A DNA stretch of 64,000 nucleotides, from assembly GCA_965287045.1 (NCBI GenBank), contig OZ336876.1:62496001-62560000 (forward strand). Reading direction: 5' to 3'. Every line of letters starts with the position of its first letter. The stretch's first letter is position 1. This document shows positions 38,331-49,636 of this stretch, one piece after another. The DNA comes from Carcharhinus amblyrhynchos (lineage: Eukaryota). A program made the position numbers and the translations under genes. Below the pieces are notes generated by a model, which was not told the DNA's origin, made no database searches, and was given only the letters and a program-made list of their open reading frames with translations.

Positions 38331-39840
38331 GCTTCCTCCTTCTTCCGCGCCACCCCCACCTCCCCACCAGGCTTGTTGCAGCTTGCCCCTAGCCCATCAA
38401 CAGTCACCGTCCATACTGCCCATTCCCCCAGCCACATGTTCCTCACAATCTCAGCCCTCCTAATTCCCCAGCCACATGTTCTCCACAATCACAGCTCCTT
38501 AAAGTTGAGAGGCTGCAGCAGTGGAATTTCCAAGGGCTTTATGCACATCCTTCAGCTGGGAGAGTGCTGGGTGCACTGGGACCCAGCAACACCACAAGGC
38601 ATGAGGTCAGTGCTGAGACCTGGTCCGTGCTGCAAATCAGACATCGGAGACCCTGCTGAGCAATAGCCCCCCCAACCACCCCCACCACCACCACCACCCC
38701 GCCCCCCACCAACACACTCGCAGGGCCACCACTGACCTGAGAAAGAAAATGGCCACAATGAAAGGACACGTGTTAGCAGCAGAGAGCCATCAAACTCTTT
38801 GCACTTACCTCCTCACTAACCTTTCACCGATGGAGTGCCCAAATCAGACTTTTATCGAGCGAACACAGTGGTAAAGGGTGAATTCCTGGTAAAGTTTGAT
38901 GTGCAGCCCATTAAGTCAATTTAGATACATACAAATACCCAATTGCATCCATTTTCAGGCCTTGGTAAAAGGGGAACTAGTGAGGATGCAGGTGCGGATC
39001 ACACTACTTGCCTCACATCCTACTTTCACAAGTTTTCACGCTCGTGAACGAGCGCACCTTGATGGGAAAATCGAGCCTTATGTTCTGATGAGAGGGTACA
39101 GACCTGAAATTTTTGTCTTGTTTCTCTCTCCGCAAATGGTGCCAGACCTTCTGAAAATTTCCAATGTTTTTCCTTAATGGATTAGTTATCTGTGATTGAC
39201 ACATCTGACTGTGATGCCAGCAAATGTTTCGCCTATTCCCCATTTACCACATGCTACCTTTCTGCTGTCAGGGACATTGTGGCCTAGCTACAATGCAAAA
39301 AGTAAAAATCAACACAAATTTATAAATCAAACAACTGCCATATTGTATACACAAGTCAATGAATCACTTGGGTGTCTGCCTTCCATGTACCTTTACCCGT
39401 CCAAGTGCTCATGCACAGTGCTTCTCCAATGGGCTGCATTTCTGATGGAAGGCTGTTGAGAGTTTCAGTGAGGAAGATTGAAGATAGCCTTGCAGGGTGA
39501 CCACAAACAGCTCTCGCCCTAAAATGGACGGCACCATGTCAATATGAGCAGCAGAAATCTGGGCTAATTGGTTGACAAACAAATATAAAGCTGAGTTGAC
39601 ATTGTGGGAAGAATGATGCTATCATCCTGAGAATGGACAGCAGTTTTATGCTCCACAGAGCCATTGCCATTAAGCTAGGAATGCTTTAGAGGACAAATTG
39701 CTGGACAGTTGTGGAGGCCTCTTTGAACACTGGGATCAGCAGCTATGATAGCAACAATCTAAGGCTGAGATGACTTTGTAGAAGACTGAGCATCAACTGC
39801 AGCATCCAAATATTGGGTGTCTTTGCTTTGAGCTTTTGGT

Positions 39841-40410
39841 CATTGTGGCCATTTTCTTTCTCATGTCAGTGGGGGCTCTGCGAGTGTTTGGGGGGGGGGG
39901 TGGGGGGCTCCTATGTCTAATTTGCAGCACAAACTCGGGTCTCAGCACTGACCTTGTGTATTGTGGTGCTGCTGGGTCCTAGTGCACCCAGCACTCTTCC
40001 AGCTGAAAGATGTGCACAAAGCCCATGGAAATTCTACTGCTGCAGGCTCTCAATTTTTCAAGGAGCTGTGATTGTGGTGAACATGTGGCTGGGGGAATTG
40101 GGGGGGCTGTGATTATGGGGAACATGTGGCTGGGGGAAATCAGCAGTATGGATGATGACTATGAATGGGGTAGGGGCAAGCTGCAGCAGGCCCGTTGAGG
40201 GAGGGGGATGGGTGCAGAAGGAGGAGGGAGCAGAGACCCCCAGTAGTTCCGTACACGAATGTCATTTGAACAGATGTCGGACACCATGTGCTGCTGACGT
40301 CTCCGCTCCGAAAGGAGACAGTGCAACACCTATGCCACTTGTTGCAGGACCTGGCACCTAGAGGCAGGGGGCAGGGGTGTGTGGGGTGCATGCACCCACA
40401 CTTGGTGCTG
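39841..40410 (+). mobile_element. inverted homolog of Harbinger segment 38016-38760
   Basis: Colinear reverse-complement similarity, e.g. cattgtggccattttct…, atgtcatttgaacaga…cggacaccatgt, gcaggacctggcacct. Confidence 0.85.
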
Positions 40411-42062
40411 AGGAACCAGAGACATCAACCATTAGATGTTGCATCATGGTTGGACCCACAAGTGTGCTAATGGAAATAGACACCCGTTCCATGCTGCAAA
40501 GGATTATCTCTAAGCTCTGACAAAGCCCTGTGCCATATTAATGCCAGACTCTTCCCTGCCCCTTGACACTGCACACAGATTTTCTAGAAGACCTGGTAAT
40601 GTGCCAAACATCTAATTGTATATGCTCATCAGTCGTCTTCTATCAGTTAGCCTATCCTAACAAGATGCTCACTTAAGTCATCTGCAGCAAAACTTATGAG
40701 CAACCTTACCATTCAACAAATGGGTGCCTGGTTGCAGGCCACTTATACCCATTGCCTCACTATAATCCCATCTCTAAGCTATCCTCGATTATACAGTGTA
40801 TCAGAATCTGATGAAGTGACTGCAACCATGAGAGCGAATGATGGTGTTTTTTCTTCATTGTTATCTACCTGAACTTCCAACTTATGTTTCACCATTTCTG
40901 TCTGGCCAGAGTTCAAAATCTCATGTATCTGAAAGGAGAAAGGCAAAATCATAGGGAGGTGAGCTTGCTTACACAAACTTCAATTTATATATTTGAAAAG
41001 ATTGTGGGATAAGAGAAAAGTGGGAAATGCGAAGGAAGATTGGATATGAGGATACCATTGTCTTTGAAAGTTCAGCCTTTTTACTGTTCACAGTCTCAGC
41101 AATGGTATTTACTCTCTCCCCCAGGGATATACGCATACCTGTTTCCTGCTGGTTAGTTCCTGCTGCTTCTGGTTATGCATCATCTTGTCAAGAGAGAGGA
41201 ATTTGAGTGTGATGCAATTTGTGTGGGCAATGTGCCTGTCATAGTTAAATAGTTGGCAGTGAGTGTGAGGAGTGAAATAGTGCCAAGTGTGTGAGAGTGA
41301 GGTGACACAATCATGACTCGTAGTTAACATTGATTGATAGAGATTATTGGTAGATGAGTGATGGGAGCATGGCTCATTGAGGCTATTGATGTGGTTGGTA
41401 GGATGTGACATTGAAAATGCATTCACTGACCAGTGACAGTTAATCGTGCAACACAATCCTTTTTTCAGGATCAATTCCCGCTAGTATCTGAGACAGTAAC
41501 GCTACGTATCTGTAGTCTGATGAGTCATTTTCTGAGAAGTTAGAATTTATTTTAACTACTTTATACCATCATTATTGATTTTCTTTTTAGCCTTTGCCTT
41601 TTTATTAGGTCTTTCTGAAAATCGCATCAGAAAATACCGACAGGCAACCTGCACTCAAGACACTGTAATAATAAAACCAGGCACTAAAATGCATGTAGCA
41701 GTGCTTAAATGACTCTTCTCTGATTTTCCCTGCACCCTAATGGAAGCATCTTTGGCCTCTGGTGCATTCCCATAACAACATGACTAAGGTTTGTAATTCA
41801 CTGGGTGAATGACTGAAGGCATGAAATCTGCTTTACAGCATTCACTGAAGCACAAACAACATTGTCCTCTAGAATGCTGTTCTATTTTAATTGGGGTGTT
41901 TCTCTGTACACGAGCTTACTGACTCCAGTTAGTATTATGTGTTCCTTCTGTAACCCTATCTGAATGGATTTCCCCTAATTAGCCCCCACCTCTTAAACAG
42001 ACCTGAAATCTGTATTATTTGATGGCTGTCATTATATCTTCAATATATCAGAAAAGCCTTAA

Positions 42063-42870
42063 AGCCTGAATTTTATGCTCCCCCACCAGTGGGCTTTTTG
42101 GCAGAGGAGTGCATGAAACTGAATGGATGAGATTCCCTCCAAGTTCACGTCCACCCTGACTGCATAGAGGTTTTACGTAGGATGGGCATGGCCTCAGAAG
42201 CCGACCGTCACCCCACTTGTGGCTTTTAAGTGGCCAGTAATTGGCAACATAAGGGCCGTTTCTTGCCCAGCTACAATTTTTAAGCTGGTGGAAGGAATCT
42301 ACATCACTGGAGGTACCGCCCCCAAAAAAAGTTAATTCTTGAGCAGGAAACGGGGGGCCTCCATCAGAAACCCCATCTGAAGCTAAGTGTGAAATGACTG
42401 TGGGGCATTTGGAGTTGGCAGGGATGAATTCCCTTACCACCAGTGGCCTCTGGATCTCACTCCACCTGTTCCTTGCACACAACACCCTCATTTCCCAGCC
42501 TCTCCCCCAAGACCCCAATCGCCCCCTTTGAACACCCAGACCTTCCCAAACCTCACTGTCCTAGGACACCTTGAACTTACCTGGGCTTCCGGTGCTTGGA
42601 ATTAGACTCAAACTCCTCAGGCTCCGATGTTTTCTGAACTTCCACTTCTGTCCACTGCAGCACTGTTGCTGCAGTGCCTGGAGAGCTGTCAGTCAGACTG
42701 GCCAACAGCTCTAAGTCAGGACGTCCTCCCAAATAAAAGGTGGAAGTCCTGTCTGCAGCCAATCAGCACTCGGAGCATGAATTGGCTCCGAGCACTTGGA
42801 GTTGAAGTTAGCAGGGATTTATTCTTCAGATGGCAGAAAGTGAAACCCCATCATCCGAAAAATTTAGGCC
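42063..42870. mobile_element. Harbinger-type MITE
   Basis: TIRs agcctgaatttt … aaaatttaggcc. Confidence 0.65.
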
Positions 42871-43309
42871 TATTTTTATGTAGATTTCCTACTTGCATTA
42901 CTTGACTTCCTGTTGTCATGTTTTTATCACAATTTTTGAGTCATCATTTCCTCATTATAAATTCATTTGTCAACTCTTACAAAGTAATTTACTTTTGCAA
43001 CTTGCTAGACTTTTAATTGTACCTCCTAGTAGCGATGACACTGTAGCACTTCTGTCTCCTGTTGCCAACACTCACAGCAGTGGTGTCACTGACTACTTTC
43101 CATTGCTGAACTGCTGTTCTTGCCAGTGTCAGTCATATTCTTATTTCTACTGAACCAAAAGATGGCTGGATGTTTCATATCCTACTTCAAGAAGTAGTAG
43201 CCCTTCTTCTTTAGTGTTGATAGGCCACAGTGGTGAGGATGGCTAATGGCAATTGAAGGCGTTGAGTTGAAAATTAAATTAATATTTAAGTAACTGTAGC
43301 GGTTAGAAA

Positions 43310-43575
43310 TATTCGTTACTCTATAAAATCTAGGGAGAAATTCAAAGAAATTTCTTAATCTCAAAAGTTGCTACAATGTGGAATGCATTGCACCAAAGGA
43401 TGATGGAAGCAATTTCAACAGTAACTTACAAAGAGAATCAAATAAATACTTAGAGGAGAAATTTGCAGGACTATTGGAAAAGAGCAGAGAAATGGCACTA
43501 AGTGAAAGCTCTGTCAAAACATGAGCGTAGATACAATGGGCCAAATTGTCTCCTGTGATGTTAATTTTATGATTT
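43310..43575 (+). mobile_element. old CR1 3' tail
   Basis: agaaatttctt…tgtggaatgcattg…gatacaatgggccaaa…tttatgattt. Confidence 0.65.
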
Positions 43576-43914
43576 CTTGAACTCTAGAATTTAGCTAAAA
43601 CAAAAGGCAGTTTTAATTTTAATGCTAAAATCTTTTTCTTAGCATTTATTGTGTAATACTCAGCTCAATCAATTTTTCTGAAAATCCCAGGGAGTTTTGG
43701 ATTTGAAACAGCTCACGAGGGTTGCAGCAAATACAAAAAGACAGCCCACCACCACCTCCGAGAGAGCAATTAGGGATGGACAATAAATGCTGGCTGAGCC
43801 AGAGACACCCATACTCCATAAACAAATTTTAAAAGTTGTTTTGCAACTGGAAAACAAACTTGGTGAGCCTCATTACTTGACAATAATTGGTTTCTTCAGC
43901 TGATTTTATTTTAT

Positions 43915-44275
43915 GCATTCGTGGGATGTGGTCCTTGAGAAGGTGATGGTGAGTTGCCTTCACTGCCGTCAATGTGGTGTAGGTACACCCTCAGTACTCC
44001 TTTACTGTCACTGGGTGACCGTGAAGGAGTGGTGATACATTTTCTAGCAGTCATGGGTTTTGAAGGTGCTGTCTAAGCAGCGATGGTGAGTTCCTGCAGT
44101 GCAGATTGTAGATGACACACATTGCTGCTGCTGTGTCAATGGGATGCCAATGAGCAGACTTCTTTATTGTGGATGGTGTCAAGCTTCTTGGGTATTCCTG
44201 GAGCTGTACTCATCCAGGCAAGTGGAGAACATCCCATCAGACTCCTGATTTTGCCTTGCAGATTGTGTACAGGCT
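43915..44275 (-). mobile_element. old LINE 3' fragment (same family as 18455-19090)
   Basis: ccttgagaaggtgatggtgag…gtaggtacaccc…catccaggcaagtggag. Confidence 0.65.
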
Positions 44276-47200
44276 GTATGGAAGACAGCACCAGTGAGAG
44301 GTTACTTCAATATATGAAATTGGGGCCCTATTGCAATTTTTGGAACTTGCATGAAAAGATGTGCATAACATCTGAAGTGCATGCTAAGTCACAGTTTGTC
44401 CAGATGTGGAGCAGCAAGTGGTCTTTAATGGGACAACTGAAGGGTGGGCAAATTAATCTATCAACATATTGCCAGCCTGTTCGGTGCCCTGCCCTCCAGC
44501 ACCCCAGAATATGCTCTCCTCCTCCCTAAGCAGATCCTACATAACAAAAATTCAATGATCTTCTAAAGCAGGCAAATAGAAAATTGTTTGATGCCCAAAG
44601 CAAACTGGTAAAATTCAAATGAGGCTTAAATCTCAACCTGATTTGGGCCTCCCCATTGTGATCTTGGTTAGTAGTTGTGGATGCATCATCAATAAATGTA
44701 CGTTTTGGATGGAATCCAACCAGAAAATCTCGTAAACTTCCTCCCAGAATTAGAACACTGCTACTGGGGTTCAGATGTAAGCAAAGTCTCTGCTCCCCTC
44801 AAAATGTCCACCTTTTATTTATCTTTAACTTATTTCATTATTTTTAAGGCCTATATGGTTTAGTTTTTAGATTTTAGTTTAATTATTTGTTTTGCTTACA
44901 TCTGCTCTGACCTTCATGCCGGGGTTAATGGGAAGCCACATCTATCACATAATGGCACATTTCATCCTTGCTCCTTGTCTTATTTATATTTGTTTCCAAG
45001 TTATGCTCCCACCCTTTGGTCTTTCATTTGTTTTCTTTCTCTTGATGTTTCCTTCTCCTAATTTTTCTGCAGGGTTAACACACCTCAGACTTTCTGTTTT
45101 AAATTATATCCTTAGCTGGTTCTTTTTAACTTGTGAAGTTTACTTTTAGCCCCACTCTCTGTTTGTGGCTTTCTTTCATTTTTAATCTAATTATCGTTTT
45201 ACTACTCGTTCCCAGTTCTTCTGGATTGTGGTTTAAAGAGTCTCTTGAGTGACTCTGTTTTTAACCATTCTCTGCTATTTCCTTTCAAGTTCTATTCCCT
45301 CTATTTTTGCTTCTTTTAGCTTGCCTCCAGTCTGGCGTTCCCACTTTCAGCAAATGTAATTTCCCAATTCCACTCCTGGGGCTTTTTATTTTCTGCCCCT
45401 GTTCTTCCTGTCCTGATTTCGAGCCTGTTTTATATATTTTCTACACTGTAACGTGATTTCTTGTCCTCAATTCTTATAATTCTGTTACACCTACGCCTGA
45501 GTGCTGGCTGGGGCAAGAAAACCGGCGTGCAATTCTCCAGCTGCATAGCTGAGTTCTCTGTCCAGATTCTTTGGCACTCTGTGCGCAGAAAATCTGTTTA
45601 CGCTGTCACGCTGGCAGGACAAAGTCTGGTAGAATCTTATGTGGGGAACACATGGCGGGGAAGCTGTTTAACTACATTTATATTAATTTAAATGACGTTT
45701 GTTACATCACCGGCAAGGGGCTGGAGAGAAGGGGATGGAAAATGAGAAGCCGATGGCAAAAATCTCATTTTCTGTCTCTCCTGATATTTTGGCCTCATAT
45801 CGCTCAAGGCTAATGTGGGCACAAAATCACCCCCTGATTTTTATCATTCTCCATGACATTTTCATTCATGATTCTCTTCATCATAATCATCCTACTTGAA
45901 CCTCGCCATCTTCCGTGATTTGCGTTCACTGATTCCCAAGTTCTGAGAAACCCTTCAAATTTATTTCCGAGAGTTTTCATTCAACATTTCCTGTCAATCA
46001 GCCCTCCCCATCCATTTAGCGCCACCATCTTTTCTGCAGTAGCAATCGCTGACCACTATGCAGCCCATCTGTTTCCTCTCCAGATGTTTCTAACCCATTC
46101 ATCACTTAAGCACTACTCCAAACCCCTGCCCTTTAAACATTGACATGTTTGCTTCAACATTTGTACTTTGACTAACAGAGCAGTTTTTATAAAAATCTTA
46201 AATTGTATTGATACTTTTAATACAGCAGTTTTATACAAGATGTGATATACAAATTACATTCAGTACCTTATACATGCAGTAGAAATATATTCTACAAGAT
46301 CTTCAATAAGTATATGTCCATATTTCTGGTTAATTTTCAACCCACCATAACTGATGTTGCAGCTTTCTGGCCCTGCTTCATTTTAATTTCCATTCCAATT
46401 CCATTCCTACATCTATAAATACGTTTACGCTATAACTTATATATTTTACATTTTCTCTTGCTTCTACTTCATGCCTCCATGACAGTATAAACCCTAATCT
46501 GCTCTGATATTCAAAACTGAAATTGCTTCCATTCTTATTATAGTTCTATTCAGCATTTTTTTATTGATTTACAGTAACACATTCCATTGGAACATTCTTA
46601 TGCTGCTATCCTTGTCAGATACTTATTATCTGACTTCCTATTTGCAATACTGCAAGTGATCAACAAAAAATAAATAACAATCTCATACCTGCAAGCACTT
46701 CATGTCATTCTTTCCATTGTAAAATTCCTTGCCCACTTTCATACTAAAAATAATTTAAGTAAACATGTAACATTATAATAACACCATCCCACCAGTGAAA
46801 ATATTGCAGTGCCATTGCTGCCAGTAAGGTATAATTACAGCATAGTAGGTTTACAGTCGCAGTCCCCATTGTATATGGGCACTTATAGATTTGCAGGGAA
46901 ATATAGAATTAATGACTTTAAAATGGTGGCGTGTGTACCAACGGATTTTACTGTTGGATGTTAATTTAAATGTAAACATGCACCTTGGCAGGAATTACAG
47001 TTTTTACTGTTGAGCAAATGTAATGAGAGATTTGGAGAATCTTTTTGCTGGTGTCCCTTATACTGATGCACAAACTGCATTATTGTTGTTATATCTCATA
47101 TATGACAATAGATTTTGTTAATACTGACCACAAAATTGCAAAACTCAAAACAGAAAGATGCTTGACAAGCTAACAAATTAAAATAATGCCTCTAGACTAA

Positions 47201-47364
47201 GGAAGAGGAGGAAAAGTTGGGAAATAATTTTCAGAATGAAAAAAGATGGCCCAAGGTTACACAATTTGGGAGGAGCATGTATACACTACCCATAATACTT
47301 GTGCAATGAATATTCACCATATATGATTTGAGCTTTATCATGAGATGCCATAATTTAATGCCAT

Positions 47365-47555
47365 TTAGGTAAGGAAATCTGCCATCCTTACCTGCTTTGG
47401 CCTAGATGTAACTCCAGACCACCAGCAATCTAGTTGACTCTTAACTGCCCTCTAAAATGGCATAGCAAGCCATTCAGCTCAAGGGCAATTATAAGTGGGC
47501 AACAAATGCTGGTCTTGCCAATGACACCTACAATATATGAAAGAATAAATAAAAT
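47365..47555 (+). mobile_element. SINE 3' half (family of 20745-21055)
   Basis: aaggaaatctgccatccttacc…gttgactcttaactgccctct…caacaaatgctgg…aagaataaa. Confidence 0.7.
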
Positions 47556-48045
47556 TTAAATGGTCGCAACAAATAATTAATAACCCACTAAACTCCTAGC
47601 ACATTTTGTCTAATTATAATCTGAAGAATTTCAATTAGAAGATATGTTTTAAAGTGCTCCAGGAAATGTAACTTAATTTATGCCAATTAATGCTAGTTTA
47701 AAATGCCCATGTGTTTCCTGATTATTAGGTAATTAGAAATTTGTTCCTGCTTATACTATGCTATGGTATAGCTTTGTGAAAGTCTGATCATTTGACAGGG
47801 GATTGTGGGTTTCTCTGTCTAATCAAGGAAAAAGATTTCTGTGTGATTTTCCAGAAAAAAGCCTACAAAGAATTGGCTCATAATTTTTGCACACAGAGAT
47901 AATCTCCCCTCCATTTAGATTGTTAAATAAAATGGTTAGTTTGAATCTAGAAACGAGGATGCCTGTCTGCTAGAGCCAAATTCTGATTATGTTTCAATAT
48001 TTGTTTTAGTGCACATGCTCTAAGTCTTTTATTATTTCTACCTAG

Positions 48046-48140
48046 GTGGTGCATTGTTAATAATGATCTGCAGTGGACACCTTCTCGTGCATTTTGCATT
48101 CCAAGATAACCTCATTTATCCACTTCTGGATGACTTTTAA
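48046..48140 (+). CDS. TMEM244: TMEM244 last coding exon, to TAA
   Basis: Acceptor tttctacctAG (48044-48045). Phase-1 frame gives (G)GALLIMICSGHLLVHFAFQDNLIYPLLDDF*, resembling the recalled C-terminus of non-human TMEM244 (…DNFIYPILDDF). Confidence 0.9.
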
Positions 48141-48475
48141 ACAGAGAAGACACTTCTCACAAGAGCTGCACTGCTGAATTGTTGCTGTTTTTTCCAAAGT
48201 GCTGTTGAACTGTTTTTGGAATTTCTCACTGCATCACATTTGGCTTTCTTGGGACTCTTTCTGTAACATAAAAATGTAGTCATGAGAAAAGGCCATTTAA
48301 ATAAGGCAGTTTACTCTGTCCTCTGGATTCTGTTTGAGAGCCAGATCAAAACATGAAAAATCTATCTCAATATCAGCAATATTGAGGTAGATTTACAACT
48401 TATCAACCTGCAGTAAACTGGCACTGGGGCCTACTATATGTTAGAGAAACTAACTCCAATTCTCATTTCAGTTGG

Positions 48476-49636
48476 AATAAATTGAAATTAATATCGGGCA
48501 GTTTCTGTAACAATCGATTGATCCACAATGGCAGTCTTTTACTGGGTGACAAGTTGTGCAATCTCTACTCTTGGCTTAATTGGGAGTTATTTCTGTGGAG
48601 TGTGCATTGCTGCACTAGGTGGCAGTTTATTCCACAAGCTGACAAATTATGTACAAAGAAGATTATTTTGTATTCTGGATTGATCAAATAGAATTTTTTC
48701 AGTTTATTACACGAGCCTCCGATTTTGTGCGCTGATTATGCACAAACACCTTTGGGCCCATATCAGCTGCTTTTAATGTTTGAAAAAACTGGATCGCATC
48801 CCTTAACCTTGTGTTTTTTCTCATGCATAGACAACAGAGAGGGGTGTGATTAGGCTGTGTCTTTCACTTCAGCTGTACTGTTTCCTGACGGGGAATCAAA
48901 ATCCAACCTGTTGAGCAGTTTATGTCACACTGAATCAGCGACTGCCCAGTGACTTTGGTAACACAATTGATAAGAAAAACTGTTTCAGAAATTGTGAATT
49001 TCAAATAGATTTCTCATCAGATGAAGAGAAGAGAAAATGAATCAACATTTTTATTCAACAATTTTGAGAGCAATCCTTTGTAGGCATAGGCAGAAAATTG
49101 TTGCTGACAGACTCTTTGTTATACTCTTCTCTCGCTCTGTCTTTCCTTTCAGAAATTTTTTTCAATATTTTCAGGAAAATGCTGGTGTAATCACACACAC
49201 TGCAACCTGGTTGGCCTCTCCATTTGTAACAGTAACACTGGCCCTCCCTTGAGAGTGGAAGGGTTTAATTTTAATATCTTGGATGGTGTCATACTGTACA
49301 GCAAACATTACATATTCTAAACACAGAGGAATTGAATAGCTCACATGTAAAACAACCACAGTTGACCTATTGATGTTATCGTGCTTTAAAAAGATCACAA
49401 GGAACCATTGAACAAAAGTGAATGACATTAAATTTAAAAATATTTGTGTTTTTCTCCAGGGCTACAAGATCAATTGAAATGTTGTAAATACTGTCAAGCA
49501 ATTGTTTAAAAGCAAATATTTGTAACGAAACCATAATACTCTAAGTTCAGAAGAAAAATCAAGATCTAAAAATAATAAATTGTATAGTTGTTTACAGAGT
49601 ATAATACTGTAATAAAATACAAGTGTGAGAAATAAA
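48476..49636 (+). promoter_or_regulatory. candidate TMEM244 polyadenylation signals
   Basis: AATAAA at 48476-48481, 49611-49616 and 49631-49636 downstream of the stop codon. Which is used cannot be determined from sequence. Confidence 0.35.
48611..48626 (+). promoter_or_regulatory. CTCF-like motif
   Basis: TGCACTAGGTGGCAGT closely matches the CTCF core CCASYAGRKGGCRS; lies in non-repetitive DNA 3' of TMEM244. Confidence 0.45.

Larger units (their letters stand above)
33141..39078. mobile_element. near full-length PIF/Harbinger DNA transposon (~5.9 kb, inactive)
   Basis: Convergent transposase and Myb/SANT-like genes; imperfect TIRs (GGGCCTTACTTTACCAT vs AGGCTCGATTTTCCCAT); 3-bp TSD TAT at 33138-33140 and 39079-39081. 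Confidence 0.85.
31727..41480. mobile_element. old degraded Harbinger transposon (outer element of the nest)
   Basis: + strand transposase remnant at ~32330-33010 (GFTKIAVFPLIEGAINCMRIAL…PGSIRDA…LLGNKVYP); minus-strand Myb-gene remnants at 39170-41480 (DKMMHNQKQQELT). Ends approximate. Confidence 0.6.

Noticed and set aside
37771-38666. Poly-Pro/poly-Gly ORFs resembling extensin or formin proteins
   Set aside because: Artefacts of the C-run tract inside a dead transposase.
48368-48384. Iron-responsive element in the 3' UTR hairpin
   Set aside because: Loop is 5-nt CAGCA rather than CAGUGH, and the C that should bulge is paired.
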